A stretch of DNA of 64,000 nucleotides, taken from positions 7,502,001 to 7,566,000 of the forward strand of contig CATNEN010000029.1 of assembly GCA_950097015.1 (NCBI GenBank), in the 5' to 3' direction. The position numbers were made by a program, and so were the translations under genes. The DNA comes from Macrostomum hystrix. Lineage: Eukaryota > Animalia > Platyhelminthes. Under the pieces are notes generated by a model. It saw nothing but the letters and a program-made list of their open reading frames with translations. It was not told the origin of the DNA and did not search any database. Positions 23,561 to 48,300 of the stretch are shown here, in pieces (within the stretch, counting starts at the first letter, position 1; every line of letters begins with the position of its first letter).

Positions 23561-26500
23561 ACCTCCTTGTATTAGAATTGTATTAGGACCTTGCAGTTGA
23601 ATTCTTGTTTGATGGACCAGAACCTTGTAGGATCTTGTAAACTCGCTCTGGAGTCAATCTAGAGAACCATTTCAGGCCGCCAGAACCATATAGTACGCAT
23701 AGACTAGACCGAAGTGCATAATGTACTGTAAGAATATACTAATTTCACAGTGTAGCGATAGTCAGCTGGTCGAAGTTGATCGACGCAAGAGGAGCGTTAA
23801 AAAACAAGTCACTCTGGGCCGGCGGCAGATTATCCGACGCTGAAATTGCGCGGACCATTCGCGCTGCCCTTCATCGAGCATAATTAGAATTGACGCTTTC
23901 TGCCGATCAGTCAAACACAGCCTCTCCGTGGTCTGAAACTGTCTCTCAATCTCGCCTCCTAAAGTACATTCCAAAAGCTCAATCTGTCTACGGTACTACA
24001 TAATCCATTAATTTATGAAGGAAAAATTGGCTCACGAAATGTTATGCTGCGCAATAATTGCATCATTAAATGCGCCACGACTTTACAACTCCTCAATCTA
24101 CGCTCGTAAAATCGGAGCCTAGGGGCAGAGCGGTGCGGCAATGTCCAGCTTCCTCACCCGACAGTACTCCTAAGCCAAGGCCTGACTGTTGCGTAGCACC
24201 TGGAGCGGTTAACAATGCACCAGTGCACCAGTGCAGGTATCACTAGCTTCCAGTAGACTCTCACCTGCTGCAATGTTCTCCCCAACTCATCAGATCCGTC
24301 TGCATTCTCCGCTAAAGACAAAAAGTGGAAAAATCAGCCGCCTATCCTTCTGTTTCATTTCTCTCTACCTCTCTGCCCCTCACGCCAATGTGCCATGTGC
24401 TTCAGAGACGCAGGCAAGAGGAGAAATTGGTATGGTATGCCCCCACTAAGTGCTAGGGCCGGCCAGGCAGGGTATATTCTCCCACATTCTAACTGCATCT
24501 CCCTAGTTTAGTAGTCTCAAAAAGTTGCAATGCCTGAATCATGCTCAAACCAGTTCTTTTTTTGGTATCGTGTGTGCCGTTCACGCAAGTCCAGCCAAAA
24601 ATATTCTTAAACATGGTGCACTAGTAACTTCCAATTGCAAAGATCTGCAGGCTGTTGGTCACACAGACAGGCAGTCCAAGCAAACACTGGCAGCTGCATG
24701 ATGGTATCTCTGTGGCAGCTTTATCGCCTCATTTTCTCACCAACCCGCGATACACGCCAGCGGCTACCTGTCCCCCTCACTCTGTCCTAATTACCGAATC
24801 CCCCTATTTCGTAGCCTGAAGTTGTTGTCCCTCCCGAAGCCACTCCCATCGTATCCCACTCCTTCTCTCCCTTCCGCTGCTAATGACGCACCGATTTCGA
24901 AAAGGCGCCATTTTTTCTTCTAGCCAAGCTGCCGCGTGCCGTCTTGTGTCAATGTTTGAAATGAACCGCTATGCCAGTTCTGGCCCCAGAACCCGCTCTG
25001 CCCCATCCCAAACAGTGGAACTAAAGGGGACCCTCGGCTCCTCGCGTTCTCGGCTGTGTCGGATGCGAAAGAGAGTGGCAGCAGCATTATCGGCATCCCT
25101 ATGCATGCATTTGCTGGGGGCCGGCAAGACAGCAGGAAATGGAAGACTGGAACATTAGAGAGCGAAAGCCAACAGCGAAGGACGAGCAACTGGAATGCGC
25201 CGGGGATTTCGAAAGGAAAGGAGAAGGGATTTTTTCTGGGGGCGGGGGAGGGGACGACTTGGAGGCTTCGGGATTCCCCACACAGGCGTCTGTCTCCCTG
25301 ACTCTTATTCCCTGTCTGTCTGTCTGTCGCTTCGCTTTTTGGGCCCATTCCATTCCGGCAGCCCATTTTCTTCAGCTCTGGCGTCATTTCAATAGCCTTT
25401 TAGCACACCGACGGGACGACATTGATGTCGGAGGCCAAGCGGGACGGGGGTGAGCGCTGCTGGTGTCCGTCGGGCGGCTTCTAAGTTGGTTTCTAAGTTG
25501 CGGGCTGATTAATTGTCAAAGCATAAATGCGAGGCAGCTTGTAGCCCAGTCGTCCGAGCTTCGGACTTCTGATCAAGAGGTCAAGAGTTCGAATCTCACC
25601 CCAAAGGAAACAGTTTTTATCATTGAGCAGAATACTTAATTCGCTAGTGCTTTCAGTTCGCCCAGCTCTAAGATGGAAGATGGGTACCTGCATCCGCTGG
25701 GACAGAAATTTTGGCAGTTGGGCCGGTCCATGTCCATGGACTAAACAGCTGTACACAACCTTTGGAAGCGCAATAGCTGCAGCTGTGCCACTGGCTATTC
25801 ATCTGCCCAACTGCCCAGCTAGGTGTCACTTCTGTCTTCTATCTACACTATGAGCTTAACAAGCCTGTCACTGGCTAGATATCCAACCGCAGCTCTCGAA
25901 CCTGAATCGCGGTAGAATAAAAGTTAGCAGAAAGTGCATCGGTCTCTTGACAGGTGATTTACCTGTTTAATTCAGATAGACAATACTCATGAAAAACGTG
26001 GCGAAATTTCAGCTGGAATGAGGATGAGTTTACCTGGCGGGCTTGGGGGAGTCCTGGCGCGCTACCGCGAACGTACCTGACTGACACATTAGGTAGGGAG
26101 GTGCAATTTCTGTCCGGCATTGTACTCAGGTCACCCGCTGGCAACCCGTGTACCGACGATTGAAAAAAACGGCATTAGCGACACGTGAAAAAAGTATATT
26201 TTAGAAAGACTCTGAAAGGAAAACGAATGAAATGAAATTTCCACGCATATTGAGGGGAATGAGGCTGCAGCTTAGGGTGGGGAACAACTTAGTCTACCGG
26301 ATGGCTCCCGAGTCTCATCAAGGAGCTTGTGTGTGTGCGTGAGCATTAGAGGCAGTTTTTTTCTCTCTGCGGATCTGTAAAAAAACTGAACTTCTTCCGC
26401 GCTTTGTCCGTCCTTGTCCCATGACCGCCAAGTCTTGCTAGAAACCATGCCAGCCACCCAAGCATATCCCCCACTGGACAAAGGGAGTAGGTTTCCCGAG

Positions 26501-27004
26501 GGGAGAAACGGAATGGGAGACTTAAGCAGTGAGATCCTCTCGCTTCGTCTGCTGTCCCGCTTTTCCTCAATTATTCATCGGGCAATTTCCTGAGCCGCGC
26601 GGTCGGACCTCGGTCGAGGTTAACATCGCGCTGCAAGACCAAGCTATTCTGATCCATGTGGCAGCGCCTTGGCCTCTCTAACCAGCACTCATTTTGTCCA
26701 ACCCCAGTGGACGAGCTGTAAGGCGAGTACCTGCATAGCCGGTATTTGCATTTCATCAGTCAAGGGTCGTGTGTCCCGCTGTTCCTGTGCAGCAACTCTT
26801 GCTTACTGCGGATATTGCTGGCTTCTAGGAGGCCAGGGACCTGAGTTCTCGCTTCTCTAGCGCGATTTCGGATCGCGTTTCACACATTTTTTAGGTTTTT
26901 CAGTTTTGGACTTCCATTAAAGAAAAACGAGAGATCCTCACAGCAGAAAATTTCATTTTTTGCTATCTCTACGGTATTATATAGAGATGAAATTACAATA
27001 ATGA

Positions 27005-40008
<13,004 letters not shown>

Positions 40009-41599
40009 TTTCATGCGAGCGATCGCCCGTGCTTTTTTATGCTCTGTTTTTTTAGTCAGCTTCCATCACCCGAGCATCAACGGCGTTTAGCCAAGGAACG
40101 CGGGAATTTAAATCGATTAACAGTACAATGACCACGCTATTTTCCCCTCTGGGGATTTTAAATAGCTCCCAAACCGAAAATTTTAGCCCGTGTTTATGAT
40201 TTTCATGGCGGATTGGTTGAATATTTTGGGAGATACTGAAAAAATGCGGATATTCACCCCCTGGTCCTACTGCTGTTAAAAAGTCAACTTTTGAATTAGC
40301 GCTTAAACACGAGTAGAGGACAAAGTTGTAATTTTAGCCTTTTTTAAACAAATGGAAACTACAAGGAGAGACAGACAACACTGCACACACAATGAATGCT
40401 GCTGCTGTAAAGATAAGTATCAAGCCCTTAGCTTCAGTCAAATAGCTCGTTGTATTTTCTGCTGAATCTACTCATAATACGCTGGTAGTTCCCTGTCTTA
40501 ACTGTCTCCTCACTTTCTATTTACTATGATACTTTGTTAAATACTTATGAGAAAGCAAATTTTTTAAATGCATAACACTCGTTTTTTACTTATCCGTGTG
40601 AGCTCCTTTGCATGCTTGCCTGCCTCTTTATAAAGATCAGTGTTTGTGTCTGTATAAAAAATGTCATTACTAAATATAACAGCACGAGGGATGTGCAAGA
40701 TGATGAGTATGAAACTTCAGCCACCCGGACCCTGATTTTGAAAGAGTTATCTTTTGATCTAACATTTGGTTTCTTATTCGGCTAATAATAATAGTAATCT
40801 GAAGACAGTGGATCGAAATATGCCCGAATATGAGTGTCATTTCTATCGTGTGAATGTGTTATTGATTGTTTTCTTTTGCAATTTATTTTCACAACTTAGT
40901 GTTCTTTGGTGTTACCTTGTCGATGCTGAGTTTTGATTGTGTTACATTTCTGTTTACCCCCCTTTCTTTTGCACCTGATTTATGTTGACCGCTCTGTAGT
41001 TTTGTTTTGCTTTTATAAGTTTTGTTTGACCTTTTGACATTCTGTTTTTTGTCCCTTATTAACATTCGTTTCTGGTTATAGCATGACAATTTAAAGAATG
41101 TAGCTTTGATAACAATTAAAGGGAATTGTACGAATTCCTGTAATTCTGGTTTACTGTAGACAAAGACCTATCAATACAAGCGCATGTGTGTATTGAAATC
41201 TATAAAACATGCTATATAAAACAATTATGATAACAATGATTACTTATTCCTGATTTGCATGTGCATATGGAATAAGCCTGTTAAAATTATGATTTGAAGC
41301 TATAGACGGATCAATTATTTGTTTGAATATTAAATTTTAGCACGGCTTCGAAGCTTTTGCGCGCGAATCAGTTATTGCTGCAAAGCAAAAAAAAATTTGT
41401 TTGATGACCTTGTTTATTATTTATTGATTTGTTCAATTCTTTCATTTTTGTTTTGTCCTTGATACCGGGGGCACAAACAAACAATAGAGTGCCCTATAGC
41501 ATGTTTATGTTCGAAGGTCAAATGTCTGTCCATGGAAGGCAATTTTTGCCTCATTGAGCAAGGCACTTATTTCCCAAATTTGTGTGGTCATTGCGGTTA

Positions 41600-41855
41600 A
41601 AAGCACAGTCGCAGCTATTGTGCGGCGCATCTGAAAGCTGCGTACGGCTGTTCAGTCCATGGACTAGGGGGACGCCACACCCACCCTCAATTACCCCAGC
41701 TGATGCTGGTACACATTTAACAGCCGGGTGAACTAAAGCAATCCAGAGTTATGTGCCTCGCTAATGGACACAAATTGTTCCAGTGGAGTCAAGAATCGAA
41801 CCCCTGACCTTCAAGTCGTGAGTCAGTCGTTCTAACCACTAGGCTACAACCTTCT
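41600..41855 (-). mobile_element. CORE-like SINE family B, near full length
   Basis: Reverse strand head gtagcctagtggttagaacgactgactcacgacttgaaggtcaggggttcgattc, then the CORE-like segment and shared tail. Confidence 0.8.
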
Positions 41856-41895
41856 AAAACTTTCTTTAACACTCCTACTCGTAGTAGCAAGACAA

Positions 41896-42540
41896 CAGGG
41901 GGGTATTTTAGATACCCCCATTTTTCTGTATCTCCAAAATATTCAACCGATCCGCCATGAAAATGCAGAACACGGGCTAATATTTTCCGCTCCCTCAAAT
42001 GAAACAGCTTCCAGAATCACAAAACATCGGCATCGTCTAGATATTCAACGATTCTCGTCGAAGTCTATGGTGGCAAATACCAACAATATCGGCATAATGT
42101 TTCTGGTCACAAAATTTTATAATGTAACAATGTCGGCTGTTATTGTTGATTATTTTACGACCCAAATTAAGTGTTGTTTACGCTAGCCCTTGAATATTTC
42201 TCTCCACTTCTTTCTCTCGCGAGCCAATCGTATCACCTTTGCTCATCTGTAATATCTACATCGTGCACCCACCCCACAGGCTGTCAACAATAAAAGTGGA
42301 TGGGTGTCGATTATATAGTCAATTATTATCTTATTAAAGCGATATAGATTTAGCATAGAGGTTTTCACATAGCAATGTCAGTTGTCCTTGTCACCAGGGT
42401 CTTCGAAAAGAATCATTGAATATCTCGACGATTCTGACGTCAGACGGCTTTGAAAGTTAGTTTCTTGTAAAGGGTGGGAAGTTTATTTCCATATATGTTG
42501 GAGTTTCACGAAAATCGGTCATTCGGTTTGGGAGCTATTG
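41896..42540. mobile_element. Putative MITE-like dispersed repeat (CAGGGGG end); partial copies at 40178-40264 (inverted) and ~47500-47600
   Basis: Shared blocks tatctccaaaatattcaacc.atccgccatgaaaat..aacacgggcta and gaatcacaaaaca.cggcatcgt..atgtcggctgttattgttgatta. Internal inverted match catcgtctagatattcaacgattct vs ~42410-42435. Confidence 0.5.
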
Positions 42541-42977
42541 TAAAGTAGGCAGTGGGTATTTGCTGCTTTTTTAAAAAGGGAACTTCAGAACCTGCTTCGG
42601 AGTTTGGCAGTGTACACTCCCTCTGTTTGATGCGGTGGGGGGTAGTATGACACACCAGCTACCAATGCGACTTTAGCCGCTAGCTAGAGAGAGGTGGGTT
42701 TGTGTTAGAGAGACTGAAAGGAACGGGACATAAGTACACTGGCGTACACTGTGTGTTCAATGGTATCAGGCTTCTTCCACCAGATTTCATTTTGGCCGGG
42801 GGTAGAGAGGGAACCACAGAAAGTCTTAACCTGAAATGCACTCATGGCCGCCCAGACCAGCTAACTCAGAGTGATATTTCTTTCTCTCATTGAATAAAAA
42901 AGGCAGCGCAAACAGAAGAAAGTGGTGTGAAGTATCGCTAAGACTGGTGCAGGATAAATGAGGTACAGTAAAAGGCC

Positions 42978-45900
42978 ATGAACCAGCCCGACGGTGCGAC
43001 TGCTGACCCGGTTGAGAATTTCCCATGGCTCGAGTTTCATCGGTCATTGAGTCGAGCCGGATTAACCAAAGCGCGAGCCGCTTTTCAAAGCAGCATCGGG
43101 CACCTGGTGGAGCATGTGGCTGCGGCGGTAGTCGAGATCAGCGGCGAGTCCTATTATGACTGGATGATGACAGGGAGCTTTGTCGAAGGCTGGGGCAACA
43201 ACCTGTTCCGATTGGATGGTGTAACAGGACTCGACTCCGACATTGATTGGAGCCAGGTGGTTAAGCACAAGGTCTACCACCTGGGCGAGACCTGTAACTC
43301 CGTTGTGGACTGCATCAATAGAAAGAATTATAAACTGGACGATGGACACATCGACGTGAAAAACTCCAGTAAGTATTCGGTATTGAGTCTATATGCTCGT
43401 GACGCGAAGCTGACGCGAAGCTGACGCGAAACTGATGCGAAGCTGACGCGAAGCTGACGCGAAGCTGACGCGAAGCTGACGCGAAGCTGACGCGAAGCTG
43501 ACGCGAAGCTGACGCGAAGCTAACACTTAATTTTACCAGGTCAGCAGCCGGCATTCGACACAGCCTCGACACGGACTCCGCCCGGACACGGACGAGTGCC
43601 ACGCCTATCCCTGCTGCTCCTATCCGGCCACCGTGCTCGACAATGACGGCAGTGAAAATCGGTGGTGAAGAAGTGCACAAAGAATTTTTGGAAATACTGA
43701 AGACCCAGTTTGACAATGAGAACCCAGTGGAGGATGTACACTTTGTGCGAGCCAGCGTACCCGGCAAAGTCAACCAGCTGCGGCTGAGCTGCACCAGGCA
43801 GGAGCGCTTCATCATGAGCCAGTTGAGCACAGTTCAGGGTCAGCTGTTTACAGTGCTCAAGTACCTGTTCAAGACTGAAGAAGAGTGAGTCGAATTTCTT
43901 TTGAGTGCATTTTTGAGTAGCACATCCGTTTTTAAAACGCCCTAAAGGGTTGCAAGTTGCAGCGCCCTGTCAACTGAGTAAATGAGAATGGGCAATTGTT
44001 AAGAGTCCCTAGTTTTGCTCAGGTTTAGCTATACTTTTTCAATCCAGGGTTCGCGACCAGGACAACAAGACTTCCAAGAAGAAGATCATAGAGAGTGTGA
44101 AGTCCTACCACGCCAAGACGCTGCTGATGACGCTGCTGAGGGATGCCGACAGTTGGCCGAGCTCGGAGGAGCCAGACGAAGCTGCTTCAGCCCAGCAGCT
44201 GAAACTGCTGCTGTATCGAGCGCTCTGTTTCCTATTGAAGTCGGTGGCGGATAACTTGAGGCCTTTCGAGGGTCTTCAGCCAGTTAACGGTGGGAATTTG
44301 TTCTTGACTCTTAGATGACTAACTCCTAGTTTCAGTATTCAAGTAAATAAATTCTTGTCCTTTGATAATTTCAGATGCACAGCAACAGCAGCAGCAGCCG
44401 CAGGAGCAGCAATCGCCACCGCCGCCGCCAAGTCGGCAGGTCTCGAGCGCGTCAAGCAGTTCCGAAGTCAGCACAAAGAAGGTGCCGCGAGTATTGGAGC
44501 ACGCGCTACTCAAAGACTCCGGACTCTACCTGAAGCCAAAGAAACCAAAGCAGGACGGTCGGGCCGCTGGCTACAGCCTGTTTGGTGTCTTCCGCTTGTC
44601 GTCCAGCTCAGGGCAGGGCAGGAAAGGCAAGAAGGTCACGGAGGAGGAAATGCATATTAACGCCCTGGAAGACTTGAAGAAGGATCTCTTGAGCCTGATT
44701 GGCAAGCGAGCGGTTCTGCAGGCTTTGATGGCCGAGAAGAATGCAACAGGTGATCCACAAGATTTGGATGAGCAGCAGCTCAGGGATATTGTGCTGGAGT
44801 TTCGCAGGCGAACAGAATCGCAGGATGCCAGCAGCTGCACTAGAGGAGAACTTAACTAGAAATGAACTTCTGGATCGAATTAACATCACCGAGGCGCAGA
44901 ACAGTCCTAAGCTTTTGAAGGTTCTCGAAACCTACATGAATCAAATAGACCAAATGTTGGATAATCGCAAGCAGACGCTCAGTTATCAGGAGGAAGAAAT
45001 TGGTCCGCAGTCGAAATTTCTATTCATTCCGTTGGCCATGCTGCCCAGAATCACTCTGGACACTCTGCTAGAGGAGCGGAGACGAAGAAAGAGGCTCGAA
45101 GCCTCCATGAAAGCTGATAGGGAAGACAGAAATAAGTCTGAGGCTACAGGAGCGAGTACAACAGGTCCAGCGGCGGATTGTACAACAGGTCCCGCGGCGG
45201 ATGGTACAACAGGTCCCGCGGCAGATGGTACAGCAGGTCCCGCGGCAGATGGTACAGCAGGTCCCGCGACGGATGGTACAACAGGTCCCGCGACGGATGG
45301 TACAACAGGTCCCGCGGCAGATGGTACAACAGGTCCCGCGGCAGATGGTACAGCAGGTCCCGCGACGGATGGTACAGCAGGTCCCGCGACGGATGGTACA
45401 ACAGGTCCCGCGGCAGATGGTACAACAGGTCCCGCGGCAGATGGTACAGCAGGTCCCGCGACGGATGGTACAACAGGTCCCGCGGCAGATGGTACAACAG
45501 GTCCCGCGGCAGATGGTACAGCAGGTCCCGCGACGGATGGTACAGCAGGTCCCGCGACGGATGGTACAACAGTTCCCGCGTCGGATGGTACAACAGGTCC
45601 CGCGACGGATGGTACAGCAGGTCCCGCGGCGGATTGTACAACAGAATCTGCGGCCGAAGCTTCAATTCCTGCAGCCGGAGAGATACTTAAAGAGGCCTAC
45701 ATCAAAGTGTGGATCGTGCTTAGGAGTCTGAGCGACACCGCCGAGCAAGCTAGTGATGAAGAAGCACAAGAGGAACTGATTGAAGCCAAGAATTGGATCA
45801 AGAAGCAGCCATGTCTCAACACAGCTTGGCACTGCTTAGAAATCATGGAGAAATTAAAGAATAAAGAGAACCTCGCGGAAGTTCTCAAGCAGATTGATGT

Positions 45901-46357
45901 TACCAATCTTAGGCCGACCAGGTGGGTTGGCCCGGCTGACCAATTTGATTTCTTGGAGCTGCTGAACAAGCATGACTGTGTCCTGGCGTTTCACTACTTC
46001 ATTCGACCCAAGACTAAGATTAGCTTCAACTACCTGAGTAATCTGCAGTCGGTCTGGCAAAAACGTAGTGCTCAAGTTTTGATAGAAAGCGATAAAAGCG
46101 GCCAAGTCAAACGCGAGTACGTTGAGGCAGTTCGCAAGGACTGGCTCACTCACCTGGTCGTTAATGACAAGCAGGACGACAAGAACAGTCGTCAGCCCAG
46201 TCTGACTGTCAACTTTGACGGACTGATTGACAGCTTCAAGCGGTTCGTGGAGCAGCAGGAGAACAGGGACACGAATGAACAGTTCTGGCTGCACATGAAA
46301 AACTGCTTATTCGACCCGAGGATCAGCAAGCGGTTGGAGGAGCAGAGAGAAAAGTGA
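42978..46357 (+). CDS. Mab-21/cGAS-like nucleotidyltransferase (cGLR candidate), ~985 aa after removing three +1 insertions
   Basis: Exons 42978-43368, 43540-43884, 44048-44289 and 44375-46357 are phase-consistent after correction (2958 nt). Motifs: TGSFVEG..DSDID, DTDECHAYPCCSYP, VHFV, LRLSCTRQERFIMSQLSTVQGQLFTVLKYLFK, KSYHAKTLL, and a distal HYFI. Confidence 0.85.
43398..43521. repeat. 11-bp tandem repeat GACGCGAAGCT (~11 units) filling cGLR intron 1
   Basis: Directly visible. Confidence 0.95.
45150..45645 (+). repeat. 24-bp coding tandem repeat (T-T/A-GPA-A/T-DG)n, ~20 units, inside cGLR exon 4
   Basis: In frame within the 44741-46357 ORF and flanked by non-repetitive coding sequence. 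Confidence 0.9.
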
Positions 46358-46439
46358 TTATTTCCTGACCACAAAATCTCATTTTGGGCTGTTGGACTTC
46401 TACAATGACATTAAGCTAATAATTTTGTCCTCATTCCGT

Positions 46440-47040
46440 GTCTCTATCTATCTATCTATTTGCAGGGGGGCCCGGGGCACTTGTCGCACAAGCGACGGAG
46501 CGGCACGCCCCCAGACCGGCGAACTAGGCGCTTTTGCGCCCATCGCGCCGCCTCCCCTGAGCAGGCACCACACACAGCAGCACAGACCAGCCGGGGAGGG
46601 CAGGAGGCACCCAGAATAGGCAGCAGTGTCCCCCACCCCAGCCCCACAAGCACATAGCAGACCAAGCCGGGGCGGAAGGCTGATAAGAAATCAGTCCTCA
46701 GGGGGGGGCCGGGTGATGAGTGTACACTTATCCAATCGCGCTGACGGAAGTCCAGAAAGCGCGCGGCGGTGTACACCCGCCCTCCAGCCACCCCCCGCAA
46801 GGTCTCACGCCCCAGCGCCAACGCACACAACTCACACAACGCAGAACAGGCACACAGAAAGGTAGGAGCGAAGCTATTATTTCAAGCTTTGATTGCACGA
46901 AATATGGTGCACCTCCGCCGGTCGCTACTGTCCAAACCCCCCAACAAGTCCCGAAATTAATCGTGACTTAAAGGGTGAATCGAACTAGCGTCCTTTGGAG
47001 TGCGAGGCAGCGACGTTAGCCGCTGACCCACTCGCCCCCT
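46440..47040 (-). mobile_element. Third tRNA-headed SINE (~600 bp) with (TAGA)n tail
   Basis: Reverse strand begins GGGCGAGTGGGTCAGCGGCTAAC..TAGTTCGATTCACCC (A and B boxes), has a GC-rich body, and ends aatagatagatagatag. Confidence 0.6.
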
Positions 47041-47609
47041 TTATTCCATGTCAGTCCATGTCTCACATTACGCGTCATGCTAAATTAAAAAAAAGTCTTG
47101 TTTTCTGCCAATATTTTCATCTTTCGTGAAGGCTGATTACACATTAACGCAGCTTTTCTCGCCAAATTATAACATTAGCTCGTATGTTTTTATCACAACA
47201 TTTTTGTTACGAAATTGAATTTTATTTATGTTATCATTGCTTCTGGTACACATTTAAATCCGGATATTAGACGATTTTTTCTCAAGAATTCTTACAAGAG
47301 AGAAAATTGTTTAGAAATGTTTACAAATGATCGACTAACATTTTTTATTCCTGTGCATATCCGCATCGTTTTAATTCTCATATAAAAACGAATACTTATA
47401 CTTATATTCTTATATAATGTGATTTTCTAAGAAATAAAACGGCAGTCTTTCCATTCACAATAGGAAAAAAATTACCGCTCTATCCGACGAAAAACCTTTC
47501 CGAATCACAAAACAGCGGCATCGTTGACATCTTCAACCATTATTGTTGTTGTGCTCATAAAGCTTCATCAGTTAAACATGTCGGCTGTTATTGTTGATTA
47601 CATTGTTGG

Positions 47610-48160
47610 GGGTTAGTGGCAGAGCTGTTAAAGCGTTTGCCTCTCGCACCAAGGTCCCTGAGCTCGATTCCGCGGCGAGGCCACATTTATTTGGGGCGCA
47701 GCCACGGAGAGAAGGCTTGGTGGCTTGTCGTGCAACTTACGCCCTTGGGAGCCTACCTGCAAGGCACAGTGAAATGTACACTGAATGACAATGAAAAATT
47801 CAGGTACACACCTGAGGAGCGGGATCCCAAGGGATGGGATCGGTGTGGGGGTGGCATCGGTGTGCGGATAGGGAATAGTGTGGGGATGGGATTAGTGTGG
47901 GGATGAGATCAGTGTGGGGATGGGATCGGTGTGGGGATGGGATCGGTGTGGGGATGGGATCGGTGTGGGGATGGGATCGGTGTGGGGATGGCATCGGTGT
48001 GGGGATAGGGAATAGTGTGGGGATGGGATCAGTTTGGGGATAGGCAACTCAGTATGAGTGTTTGCCTGCGTACGGCATCTGTGTGCGTGTGTGCTCGGGA
48101 GTCAGCGGAATGGGCAGAATTGCCTCCTCGCTGGCTGCGGGTTTAGTGTCACCAAATGAT
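47610..48160 (+). mobile_element. SINE family A interrupted by a 17-bp G-rich minisatellite (~47820-48045)
   Basis: Head and body up to ~47815 and the 3' part from ~48050 align colinearly with the 22.8 and 38.0 kb copies. Confidence 0.8.
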
Positions 48161-48300
48161 GTGCCATTGCACGCATCCCTCCTGCATTTATTATTATTAG
48201 AAATAAAACTAGCAAGTTTTGCCCCCCTTCGGGGAGCAAAAATACTTTTAATTCGTCTAGTATATACTTTTTAGCAGCTGAATTTACAGCTTTTTAAAGC

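Noticed and set aside
43723-43752. VEDVHFVRA as the third catalytic position of the cGLR (His replacing Asp)
   Set aside because: The frame-corrected upstream DTDECHAYPCCSYP fits the D-x-D-h-x-A..C..WP strand better. VHFV corresponds to the later hlVp strand.
46456-46839. 127-aa Cys-containing ORF (WISVHS) resembling LINE RNase H/zinc knuckle
   Set aside because: Catalytic residues are not identifiable; the region is better explained as a SINE body with a tRNA head and TAGA tail.
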